DNA from: an uncultured bacterium
GTDB taxonomy: Bacteria > Patescibacteriota > Minisyncoccia > Phycocordibacterales > CAIZLB01
Length of the DNA: 64,000 bases
Direction: 5' to 3'
NCBI GenBank assembly: GCA_903821355.1
Contig: CAIJKW010000030.1
Coordinates: forward strand, 27,897 to 91,896
The position numbers and the translations under genes were made by a program. Positions within the stretch are counted from its first letter, which is position 1, and the number at the start of each line of letters is the position of its first letter. The notes below the pieces were generated by a model that had not been told where the DNA came from, did no database searches, and saw nothing but the letters and a program-made list of their open reading frames with translations. Positions 49,865 through 58,925 of this stretch are shown in pieces.

Positions 49865-50677
49865 ATGTCAATAATCTTTATTAGTATTCTTGCCTGTGCT
49901 TTCACCTTTCTTGGTGGTTTTTTTGCCTTGAAATATAAGGATAAATTACATCTTATAATAGGCTTTAGCGCCGGCGCCATCTTGGGCGTTGCTTTTTTTG
50001 ATTTAATACCAGAGGCTATTGATTTGGCGGGCGATTCTTTCGAAACAAAATCAATTGTCTCAGTTGTTGCTTTTGGTTTTCTATTATATATGCTCGCAGA
50101 TAGATTTATTATTTCTCATCATCACAAAAGCGGAGAGTATTGTGAATGTGAAAATGACGAGGATGATCACGCGCACGATCATGACGATCATGACGATCAT
50201 GGTCACGAACACAACGAGCCAGAGCAAGATGAAAATCAAAGACGCAAAGGCATGCTTGGTGCGGCCAGCCTTTCAGTCCACAGTTTTCTAGATGGACTTT
50301 CAATTGGAATCGCATTTCAAGTGTCGTCTGCCGTGGGAATAATTGTTGCCGTTGCAGTTTTGATTCACGATTTTGCAGACGGTCTCAACACCGTTAACAT
50401 GATTCTAAAAAATAACGGAGAAAGAAAACAAGCTCTGAAATGGCTGGCTGTTGATGCCCTTGCTCCGGTTTTGGGAGTTATCTCAACTTTATTTTTTACG
50501 ATTCCAAAAACGGCGCTCGGATTGATTCTAGCAATGTTTGCTGGATTCTTTATCTACATTGCATCAAGTAACATGATTCCAGAGAGTCACCACGCCCATT
50601 CCACAAAATGGACAACCATAATGACAATTCTAGGAGCCTTTGTTTTATACGTTGCAATAACTTTGGCTGGCATCTAG
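49865..50677 (+). CDS. ZIP-family metal (Zn/Fe) transporter with His/Asp-rich loop
   Basis: ZIP topology. Central loop HHHKSGEYCECENDEDDHAHDHDDHDDHGHEH. Conserved HDFADG. Confidence 0.75.
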   Translation: MSIIFISILACAFTFLGGFFALKYKDKLHLIIGFSAGAILGVAFFDLIPEAIDLAGDSFETKSIVSVVAFGFLLYMLADRFIISHHHKSGEYCECENDEDDHAHDHDDHDDHGHEHNEPEQDENQRRKGMLGAASLSVHSFLDGLSIGIAFQVSSAVGIIVAVAVLIHDFADGLNTVNMILKNNGERKQALKWLAVDALAPVLGVISTLFFTIPKTALGLILAMFAGFFIYIASSNMIPESHHAHSTKWTTIMTILGAFVLYVAITLAGI

Positions 50678-50742
50678 GTTTTTAAGGCAAAGCCCGTACG
50701 TAAATTCAAAAATGTTGTAGTAAATTTATCGATAAAATATAA

Positions 50743-52020
50743 ATGAAAAAAAATTTCTCTTTTAAAATTGAAAAGGAATTGGAACAAGGCACCATGGCGC
50801 GTGCTGGTGTTTTAAGTACGCCTCATGGAGAAATTAAAACTCCGGCGTTTGTTACAGTTGGAACAAAAGCTACAGTAAAAGCGGTTCCACCTGAGATGCT
50901 AAAAGATTTGGGTGCACAGGTTGTGCTTGCAAATACATATCACTTATATTTACAACCTGGAGAGGAAACAATAAAAAATCACGGAGGAATTCATAAATTT
51001 ATGAACTGGAGTGGTCCAACGATGACAGACTCGGGAGGCTTTCAAGTTTTTTCACTAGGTAGCGCATTTGGAAAGGGGATTTCAAAGTTGATAAAAGGCA
51101 GAAACGCTAACAAAAATTTTGGATCAGATTTTGAGAATGAAATTCCACTTCCACAACAAACTGAGCTTTCTAAAACTGAGGCGGAGGAGCAAGCAATGAA
51201 GGTTGCAAAAATTGATGCACAAGGCGTGATGTTTCGCTCAATCATAGATGGAAGTGCACATTATTTTACGCCAGAGAAATCTATTCAAATTCAGAACGAT
51301 ATTGGTGCGGATATTATTTTTGCTTTCGATGAATGCACTTCTCCCCACGAGTCTCTTCATTATCAAGCGGAAGCATTGGATAGAACTCATAGATGGGCAA
51401 AGCAGTGCTTGGGCTATCACTTGCAAAGCGGACATGCGGAGGATCAGGCGCTTTTTGCAGTTGTACAAGGAGGAAGGCATGAAGGATTGCGTCGTGAAAG
51501 TGCCAAGGCGCTTGCGGAAATGAATGTCGATGGAGAGCATTTTGACGGCTATGGAATTGGCGGTTCATTTGAAAAGGAAGATATGGGCGAAGCGGTTTTG
51601 TGGTGCAATAGTGAACTACCAAAAGATAAACCAAGACACTTGCTTGGAATTGGTGAACCTGAGGATTTGTTTGATGCGGTAGAGAATGGTTGCGATTTAT
51701 TTGATTGCGTGATGCCAACAAGAAATGCAAGGAATGGCGGAATTTTAACTCGTGCTGGAAAAATAAATATTTTAAATACGGAGTATAGGGAAGACCTTCG
51801 TCCAGTTGAAGAGGGTTGCGGTTGTTATACTTGTAAAAATTATACGAGAAGTTATGTTGCACATTTGTTCCGCGCAAAGGAAATGTTAGCAGGGACACTT
51901 GCGAGCGTTCACAATTTATACTTTTTAATACATTTGGTAGACGAGATGCGTTTGGCAATTTTGGACGGGACTTTTGTGGAACTTAAGAGTGATTTTTTGA
52001 AAAAATGGAGGGGTTTTTAG
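50743..52020 (+). CDS. tgt: queuine tRNA-ribosyltransferase
   Basis: TPHGEIKTPAFVTVGTKATVK…VLANTYHLYL… and Zn site C.C..C…H (EGCGCYTCKNYTRSYVAHL). Carries a ~50-aa insertion. Confidence 0.85.
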   Translation: MKKNFSFKIEKELEQGTMARAGVLSTPHGEIKTPAFVTVGTKATVKAVPPEMLKDLGAQVVLANTYHLYLQPGEETIKNHGGIHKFMNWSGPTMTDSGGFQVFSLGSAFGKGISKLIKGRNANKNFGSDFENEIPLPQQTELSKTEAEEQAMKVAKIDAQGVMFRSIIDGSAHYFTPEKSIQIQNDIGADIIFAFDECTSPHESLHYQAEALDRTHRWAKQCLGYHLQSGHAEDQALFAVVQGGRHEGLRRESAKALAEMNVDGEHFDGYGIGGSFEKEDMGEAVLWCNSELPKDKPRHLLGIGEPEDLFDAVENGCDLFDCVMPTRNARNGGILTRAGKINILNTEYREDLRPVEEGCGCYTCKNYTRSYVAHLFRAKEMLAGTLASVHNLYFLIHLVDEMRLAILDGTFVELKSDFLKKWRGF

Positions 52021-52029
52021 GTGCGTGCG

Positions 52030-52615
52030 GGGTCTTGACAGACTTGAATAGTATGCTATCCTATTCAGGTCGACGCAGTTAAGTCTGCTTCCGCCACGGT
52101 ACCGCCGACGCCCCATTATGTGTCACCCAGGTTGGGTTACCTTGAGGGCGGTGCGCCCTTTACCCGCGGATTGACCGACATAAAATAGAGACTTTCCAAA
52201 TTGCTTCTATCGGGCGCAGGCTTGATTTGAAGGGGTTTAGGAAAATCCTCGTTTATATCCCGCTGCAGAATGGGTTCGCCTGCAGGAAACGGAAGAGTGA
52301 AGCGAAACCTAGCCGATGGGGGAATGCATGATGAAAGCAGGTGAAATCTGCGATGCGGGACATCCCCGCTATATCTAGTTCAGTGCGATGTTGCTTCTGA
52401 GACCAGAACATCGTTTACCCACTGGGACACCGATAACAGCTAAAGTATCGGAGAAAGGCTCCCTGTGTATGCAATAGCAGGAACTCCACCGCTAACCTAG
52501 AATGCGGAAAGGAGAGAGGTTTTGCCGAGATCACGGTATTACTTTGATAAAATATTGCAATTGGTCCACCCCTATGTGGGTGATCCTCCGGTTCGCTACG
52601 TGCGGCCGGGGGATT
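52030..52615 (-). ncRNA. Candidate RNase P RNA (rnpB)-like structured RNA; strand and ends tentative
   Basis: ORF-free, GC-enriched 637-bp gap. The minus strand carries GGUCAAUCCGCGGGUAAAGGGCGCACCGCC, CAAGGUAACCCAACCUGGGUG, …CAUAGGGGUGG… and GGAAAGUC. These resemble E. coli/Bacillus RNase P RNA (GGUGAAAGGGUGCGGUAAGAGCGCACCGC; CAAGGCCAAAUAGGGG; CCAUAGGGCAGGGUG; GGAAAGUCC). The plus strand also shows short matches (GGUGAAA, AACUCCACC). Confidence 0.35.
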
Positions 52616-52657
52616 TTTGTTTTTGTATTTTGAACCTCTAAATGCTATCATCAATAC

Positions 52658-54904
52658 ATGAAATTATCGGAAAAATCTAACCCGGCGGACAAAAAATCTA
52701 GTGGAAAGTCCAAAAAGGAGTCTGGTCTAAAAAACACCGGCGTTTTTGACTTGTCTACAGAATACACTCCTGCTGGTGATCAGCCACAGGCTATTTCAAA
52801 GTTGCTTACTGGGCTGGAAAAAGGCCTAAGATACCAAACACTTTTTGGTGTTACAGGATCTGGAAAGACATACACGATGGCAAATGTCATTGCAAAAGTT
52901 GGAAAGCCAACGCTTGTGATTGCACACAACAAAACCTTGGCAGCACAGCTTGCGCAGGAGTATAGAGAATTTTTTCCAAATAACGCGGTGCATTACTTCG
53001 TATCATATTATGATTACTATCAACCGGAGGCATACATTTCTTCATCGGATACATATATAGAAAAAGAGGCGCAAATAAATGAGGAAATTGAGCGTCTTCG
53101 TCATGCTTCAACTCAGGCGCTTTTGACACGCAAGGATGTAATTATTGTTGCATCAGTTTCTTGTATTTATGGATTGGGTTCGCCAAAAGAATATGAGAAA
53201 GTAAATTTTAAAATTGAAAAAGGGATGAAAGCGGACAGGTCAGAATTTGTTAGACGTCTTGTCGGAATGTATTTTGAAAGAACAAATGCGGATTTAAATC
53301 CGGGAAATTTTAGAGCGGTTGGTAATTCAATTGAAATAATGCCGGTGAGTGAGCGAGTGGTTTATAGATTAAAGATCGATGGAGCTGGTGGGGATGAAAC
53401 TGTTTCTGAAATTACAGTTATTGATGCTATTACAAGAAATATTATAGAAGAAACAAACGCATTATTTTTGTTCCCCGCAAAGCACTTCGTTACACCGGAA
53501 AATGAAAGAGCTCGTGCGGTGAAAGATATCAAGGCTGAGCTTGATGCACGTCTGAAAGTTTTGGATGCGGAGGGAAAAATTATTGAAGCGGAGAGATTGC
53601 GCAGGAGAACCACATATGACTTGGCGCTTATCAAAGAAGTTGGATATTGTAACGGAATTGAAAACTATTCCCGTCATTTTTCTGGAATGGCACCAGGGGA
53701 GGCACCTGATACTTTGCTTTCATATTTTCCACACAAGGAAGATGGTAGCCCTGATTTTTTGACAGTGATTGATGAATCGCACGTCGCTGTTCCACAGCTT
53801 AATGGAATGTACGCAGGGGATGCATCGAGAAAAAAGAATTTAATTGATTATGGTTTTAGGCTTCCTTCAGCGGCGGACAATAGGCCTTTAAAGTTTAACG
53901 AATTTGAACAGCGCGTCGGTCAAGTCGTCTTTACCACGGCGACTCCTGGAAAATTTGAGTTTGAAAATAGTAAGCAGATTGTCGAGCAAATTATTAGACC
54001 AACTGGTTTGATTGATCCTGTTCTAGTAGTGAAGCCTGTGACGGCTGTTGCCAAAGTAAAAGCTGGCAAGGGCATGGTCGGCAAAAAAGAGGGCGCCAGC
54101 AATGGCAGTAAAGACAGCGATGGAAACACCGGCCAAATTTTTGATTTCATAGAAGAAGCAAAAAAAGTTATTAAGAAAAATCAACGCGCTATTGCTACAA
54201 CTCTGACTAAAAAAATGGCAGAGGATTTAACAGAATATTTGAAAGAGCAGGGAATTAAGACAAATTATATTCACAGTGACATTCAAACACTAGAGCGTAT
54301 TCAAATTTTGACGGATTTTCGTCGAGGAGTTTTTGATATTCTAGTTGGTGTCAACTTACTTCGTGAAGGCTTGGACTTGCCAGAAGTTTCTCTGATTGGA
54401 ATTTTGGATGCGGACAAGGAAGGATTTCTAAGATCTGAATCTGCATTGATCCAAACAATTGGCCGTGCCGCTAGAAACGTTGATGGTAAAGTTATTTTAT
54501 ACGCTGACCATATGACAGGCTCACTTGAGCGAGCGATGAGAGAGACGGAAAGAAGGCGCGTCTTGCAACTCGCATATAATAAAGAACACGGAATCACTCC
54601 TCAAACTATTATAAAAAGAATTAACGATATTACTGACCACATAAAGAGTGAACACCAAAAAACTGTCGGCAAATTGATTTTGCTTGATGAGTTAGAATTT
54701 GCAAAAAATCCAGATAAGCTAATCAAGTCTAAAGAAAAACAGATGGAAGAGGCCGTGAAGATTTTGGATTTTGAAACTGCTGCAATTTTGCGCGATGAGA
54801 TAAAGGAGTTATCAGAGCGAACACTGAAGAAGTTGAAGAAAGAAGCCAAGGAGAAGCGCGATGTGAATAAGGGTTCAAGAGCGAGGAAACAGATGTTGGA
54901 GTAG
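52658..54904 (+). CDS. uvrB: excinuclease ABC subunit B
   Basis: PAGDQPQAI…GVTGSGKT…YYDYYQPEAY, helicase motifs and C-terminal UVR domain. Small low-complexity insert. Confidence 0.95.
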   Translation: MKLSEKSNPADKKSSGKSKKESGLKNTGVFDLSTEYTPAGDQPQAISKLLTGLEKGLRYQTLFGVTGSGKTYTMANVIAKVGKPTLVIAHNKTLAAQLAQEYREFFPNNAVHYFVSYYDYYQPEAYISSSDTYIEKEAQINEEIERLRHASTQALLTRKDVIIVASVSCIYGLGSPKEYEKVNFKIEKGMKADRSEFVRRLVGMYFERTNADLNPGNFRAVGNSIEIMPVSERVVYRLKIDGAGGDETVSEITVIDAITRNIIEETNALFLFPAKHFVTPENERARAVKDIKAELDARLKVLDAEGKIIEAERLRRRTTYDLALIKEVGYCNGIENYSRHFSGMAPGEAPDTLLSYFPHKEDGSPDFLTVIDESHVAVPQLNGMYAGDASRKKNLIDYGFRLPSAADNRPLKFNEFEQRVGQVVFTTATPGKFEFENSKQIVEQIIRPTGLIDPVLVVKPVTAVAKVKAGKGMVGKKEGASNGSKDSDGNTGQIFDFIEEAKKVIKKNQRAIATTLTKKMAEDLTEYLKEQGIKTNYIHSDIQTLERIQILTDFRRGVFDILVGVNLLREGLDLPEVSLIGILDADKEGFLRSESALIQTIGRAARNVDGKVILYADHMTGSLERAMRETERRRVLQLAYNKEHGITPQTIIKRINDITDHIKSEHQKTVGKLILLDELEFAKNPDKLIKSKEKQMEEAVKILDFETAAILRDEIKELSERTLKKLKKEAKEKRDVNKGSRARKQMLE

Positions 54905-55059
54905 TCGTAGACTATTCCAATAGTCGGCTGAGACTGTTTGAATAACTTTTGTTGAGTAATTAACCTTTGTGTGCTATTTTGTCTTGGTCTTGTCCGAGTG
55001 GACAGTGGACAATTTGATCTTTACATTGTTGTTAAAATTCGAACCCCCAAATTGAAGTC

Positions 55060-55758
55060 ATGGATAATTACAAGAGATTGAGAACGGCCTTTGCCATTGT
55101 TGGTGCACCTTCGTGCGCAAAAGGAACATGCGTTAAGTATGTTTTTGAAGACTTCTGCAAAAAAGCTGGCATCACGATGATCGACATTTCGGTTGGCCAG
55201 CTATTGAAGCGACACGTCAGCGAGATGAAGGACAGAAGACTTGCTGCGCAAATCTTGGACGATATGAATTCTGGACGCTTGGTATCTGACAGCGTTGTCA
55301 ACGCTGTCTTTGCTGACGCGATGGAAGATGCCGCCTCTCTGTATGGCGACACAGACGACCCGTTGATGATCGTCCTCGATGGTGTTCCAAAGACGGCTGG
55401 CCAAATCAAGCCTTCCGTCTCCTCTGTGACAGACAAGTTCAATGTTCCGGTGTCGGAATTCAACATCGTTCACATTTCCACCCCTCCGCATATCTGTGCT
55501 TACCGCATGGGGATTCAAGGGAGGAGAGACGGTATTGTGGAAGCCATTGTCGCCACTCGTTTCAAGGAATATTTCGAGAAGATTCTTCCGGCAATCAAGT
55601 TGCTGAAGGATTTTACCGACAACTCCGAATCCGAGTTCTATGAAATCAACGGTCAGTTCATGATTGATGAAGCCTACAGTTACCAGAAAAAACTCTTCAG
55701 TCACTTGTGGCCAGAGTACTTTCCGGGAATGGTTCGGCGGATTCCAATCACTGCCTGA
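55060..55758 (+). CDS. adenylate/nucleoside-monophosphate kinase-like protein with degenerate P-loop (GC ~50%, likely acquired)
   Basis: IVGAPSCAKGTCVKYVFEDF… against the adk consensus ILGPPGAGKGTQA. The LID/NMP-bind-like region SVGQLLKRHVSE…LDGVPKTAGQ is present. GC is far above background, so an antisense ORF also appears. Confidence 0.5.
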   Translation: MDNYKRLRTAFAIVGAPSCAKGTCVKYVFEDFCKKAGITMIDISVGQLLKRHVSEMKDRRLAAQILDDMNSGRLVSDSVVNAVFADAMEDAASLYGDTDDPLMIVLDGVPKTAGQIKPSVSSVTDKFNVPVSEFNIVHISTPPHICAYRMGIQGRRDGIVEAIVATRFKEYFEKILPAIKLLKDFTDNSESEFYEINGQFMIDEAYSYQKKLFSHLWPEYFPGMVRRIPITA

Positions 55759-55778
55759 TCTTTGTTTGCGATTCTGCA

Positions 55779-55808
55779 GCCGCCGCCCTTCCAGGGCGGC
55801 GGCATTTG
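55779..55808 (+). terminator. Rho-independent terminator after the adk-like gene
   Basis: gccgccgccc-ttcca-gggcggcggc followed by attt. Confidence 0.5.
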
Positions 55809-55888
55809 CTTTGCCAATAACCCTAAAATGTTCTATACTTACCCTAACGGCCAACACGCCGGTTTTTGTCGTTTCAATATTTTAAAAC

Positions 55889-58816
55889 ATGCCTAAACTA
55901 CCCAAAAAACCTAAAAAAAGCTTGAAAAAGCATATAGAGAGTCTGACTAAAAAGAAGACTGCAGATACGCAGGTTCATAAAGAGTTGCCCGCACATGACA
56001 TAAATCACGGAGCTCTTCATGGAACTTTAAACAATCCTGCTCTCACTGGAGACATAATAAGCATAAGAGGTGCCAGAACTCACAATTTAAAAAACATTAC
56101 CGTTGATATGCCCCGTAATAAAATGGTGGTAATAACGGGATTATCTGGTTCTGGAAAGTCATCGCTCGCATTTGATACAATTTTTGCAGAAGGACAACGC
56201 AGATACATAGAATCACTTTCCTCTTATGCTCGTCAATTTTTGCGTCAATTACAAAAACCAGATGTTGATGAAATTATAGGACTTTCTCCAGCAATTTCCA
56301 TTGATCAAAAATCTCGATCAAATAACCCTCGTTCAACTGTTGCAACTATCACAGAAATTTATGACTATCTCAGAATTCTTTTTGCAAGAATTGGAAAGCC
56401 GCACTGTTTAATTTGCGGAAGAGAAATTAAAAAACTTTCTAAGGAAGAAATTCTTTCAACAATTTTTAACACAGTTACAAATTCGTCAACAACAGACGGC
56501 GCCGGTGCAAACGGATCCGTCGCAGGTACAACGACAAGTAAAGTCATGGGTGTTGATATTGATAAAGCAATGTTCAAAATTTATGCGCCTGTTGTAATTG
56601 GTAGAAAGGGTGAATATTATCAAATGCTTTATGATTTACTCGGCAAAGGTTATGAAGAAGTGCGCGTTGACGGCGCTATCAAAAACCTGCGTAGCCAAAT
56701 TATTCTTTCGAAAACAAAAAAACACAATATTGATGTTTTGGTTGATCAATTTTATATTTCAGAAATAGGAGACAACTCTGCAAGTTTCAGGGAGCGTCTT
56801 AATGAAGCGGTAGAAAAAGCACTGCATGAAGCTGATGGACTAATTAGAATTATTAGTGATGCCGATGAAGCAATTGCAAGTGGTTTTATAAACGTAGACG
56901 GCAAGGTTGTTGGTCCGGATGGCAAGAAAAGAAAAGCAAAACCTAAGGGTGATGCAGCAGAGGCTCAAGTTGGACATCTTATTTCTTCAAAATTTATGTG
57001 TCCACACGATGGATTTTCTTTTCCTGAAGTTGAACCTCGTCTATTTTCTTTCAACTCTCCATATGGAGCGTGTCCTGAATGTAATGGACTTGGAACAAGG
57101 GAGTTTTTTGTAAAAGATCCTTGTAAGGTTTGTCATGGCGCAAGACTCCGACCTGAAGCCCTTCATGTTTTTCTAAAATCGGCTGTGCCAATGCCTTCAA
57201 TAATCGATACGATTGGTGAAATAAAAAGAGGGGATAGTAAGAATATAAATATCGTTGATCTGACAAAGATGACAATTCAAAATTCTATTAAATTCTTTGA
57301 GACGCTACCTTTAACACCAACTGAAGAAGATATTTCAAGAATCGTAATTAAGGAAATTGTTTCAAGATTGCGCTTTATGGAGAATGTTGGAATAGAATAT
57401 CTATCGCTTGATAGACGTGCAAACACTCTCTCGGGAGGTGAAGCACAGCGTATCAGGCTTGCATCACAACTTGGATCAGGTCTTGTTGGTGCTATGTATG
57501 TTTTGGATGAACCAACAATCGGTCTTCATCAGCGTGATAATGACAGATTGATTCACACACTTTTGCAACTGCGTGACATGGGTAACTCTGTGATTGTTGT
57601 TGAACATGATGAAGATACTATTTTTGCAGCAGATTATATTGTCGATATAGGCCCCGGCGCTGGAGTTCATGGTGGACATGTGGTGGCCGCTGGATGGCTT
57701 GATAAACTACTTACCGCAAAGACAAATCAATCAAGCTCTGTTACTCTTGAATATTTAAGAGGAGAAAAAGTTATTGAGTTACCTGAGCGGAGACGTGATG
57801 AAAATAACGGCTGGATAAAAATTGTTGGAGCAACAGTAAATAATCTTAAAAATGTAAATGTGGATGTTCCTCTTGGCAGAATGACATCTGTTACAGGTGT
57901 GTCTGGTTCAGGAAAATCATCTTTTGTTTATGAAGTCTTGCACAAAAACTTGTTAGCCCGCCTTGATCGAGATCACAGAAGTGCAAACATTTATAATTGC
58001 GCAAGTTTTTCTGGAACAGAATATTTGGGAAGAACTGTGCTGATTGACCAATCGCCAATTGGAAGAACTCCAAGATCAAATCCCGCAACATACACTGGTG
58101 CTTTCACGCATATCAGAGATCTCTTTGCAGAGACAATAGAATCACGCGCTCGCGGATGGAAATCAAGTAGATTTAGCTTCAACGTCAAAGGCGGACGATG
58201 CGAGAACTGCCAAGGAAATGGAATGATTGAAGTTGAAATGCATTTCTTGCCAACGGTCTATGTGACATGTGATATCTGTAATGGAAAAAGATTCATGAAA
58301 GAGACTTTGGAAGTTAAATATAAAAATAAAAATATTTACGATGTTTTGAAGATGACGGTTGAAGAAGCTATCACGTTCTTTGAAGAGGTTCCTTCAATTT
58401 ATGATCGTCTAAAGACCTTGCAAGAAGTTGGTCTTGGATATTTGGAACTCGGCCAGTCCGCGACAACACTTTCTGGTGGAGAGGCACAACGTGTAAAAGT
58501 TTCTTCTGAACTTTATAGAGAGCATATTCAAAAAACAATCTATCTTTTGGATGAACCAACAATTGGTCTGCATTATGAAGATGTGCGCAAGTTAATTGAA
58601 ATCCTTAAACGCCTTGTAAGAAAGGGGAATACGGTTGTGATAATCGAACACAATATGGATATTATAAAATGTTCAGATTATATAATTGATATTGGTCCCG
58701 AGGGTGGAGATAAGGGTGGTAAGATTGTAGCTGTTGGAACTCCAGAGGAAGTTGCAAAAAATACTAATAGTTATACGGGGCAGCACTTGAATAAAGTTCT
58801 GAAGAAATGGGACTAG
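55889..58816 (+). CDS. uvrA: excinuclease ABC subunit A
   Basis: Two ABC modules (GLSGSGKSS…, GVSGSGKSS…), LSGGEAQR signatures and Zn-finger cysteines. 975 aa. Confidence 0.95.
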   Translation: MPKLPKKPKKSLKKHIESLTKKKTADTQVHKELPAHDINHGALHGTLNNPALTGDIISIRGARTHNLKNITVDMPRNKMVVITGLSGSGKSSLAFDTIFAEGQRRYIESLSSYARQFLRQLQKPDVDEIIGLSPAISIDQKSRSNNPRSTVATITEIYDYLRILFARIGKPHCLICGREIKKLSKEEILSTIFNTVTNSSTTDGAGANGSVAGTTTSKVMGVDIDKAMFKIYAPVVIGRKGEYYQMLYDLLGKGYEEVRVDGAIKNLRSQIILSKTKKHNIDVLVDQFYISEIGDNSASFRERLNEAVEKALHEADGLIRIISDADEAIASGFINVDGKVVGPDGKKRKAKPKGDAAEAQVGHLISSKFMCPHDGFSFPEVEPRLFSFNSPYGACPECNGLGTREFFVKDPCKVCHGARLRPEALHVFLKSAVPMPSIIDTIGEIKRGDSKNINIVDLTKMTIQNSIKFFETLPLTPTEEDISRIVIKEIVSRLRFMENVGIEYLSLDRRANTLSGGEAQRIRLASQLGSGLVGAMYVLDEPTIGLHQRDNDRLIHTLLQLRDMGNSVIVVEHDEDTIFAADYIVDIGPGAGVHGGHVVAAGWLDKLLTAKTNQSSSVTLEYLRGEKVIELPERRRDENNGWIKIVGATVNNLKNVNVDVPLGRMTSVTGVSGSGKSSFVYEVLHKNLLARLDRDHRSANIYNCASFSGTEYLGRTVLIDQSPIGRTPRSNPATYTGAFTHIRDLFAETIESRARGWKSSRFSFNVKGGRCENCQGNGMIEVEMHFLPTVYVTCDICNGKRFMKETLEVKYKNKNIYDVLKMTVEEAITFFEEVPSIYDRLKTLQEVGLGYLELGQSATTLSGGEAQRVKVSSELYREHIQKTIYLLDEPTIGLHYEDVRKLIEILKRLVRKGNTVVIIEHNMDIIKCSDYIIDIGPEGGDKGGKIVAVGTPEEVAKNTNSYTGQHLNKVLKKWD

Positions 58817-58925
58817 ACGTCAGATACCATACACTAATTTAAAAATATGTTGTAATATTTTGTCAAATGTATTCACCTCACAGTTTTGCTATGCTTTAAA
58901 GGTAATTTTGCAAAAAAGTACTGAA

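Noticed and set aside
50150-50220. Tandem DNA repeats (gatcatgac)n in the ZIP gene as a possible mobile or contingency locus
   Set aside because: They simply encode the His/Asp-rich metal-binding loop common to ZIP transporters and the repeat is in-frame.
55201-55857. 218-aa antisense ORF opposite the adk-like gene
   Set aside because: This is a typical by-product of high GC (few stop codons). The plus-strand frame carries the recognisable kinase motifs.
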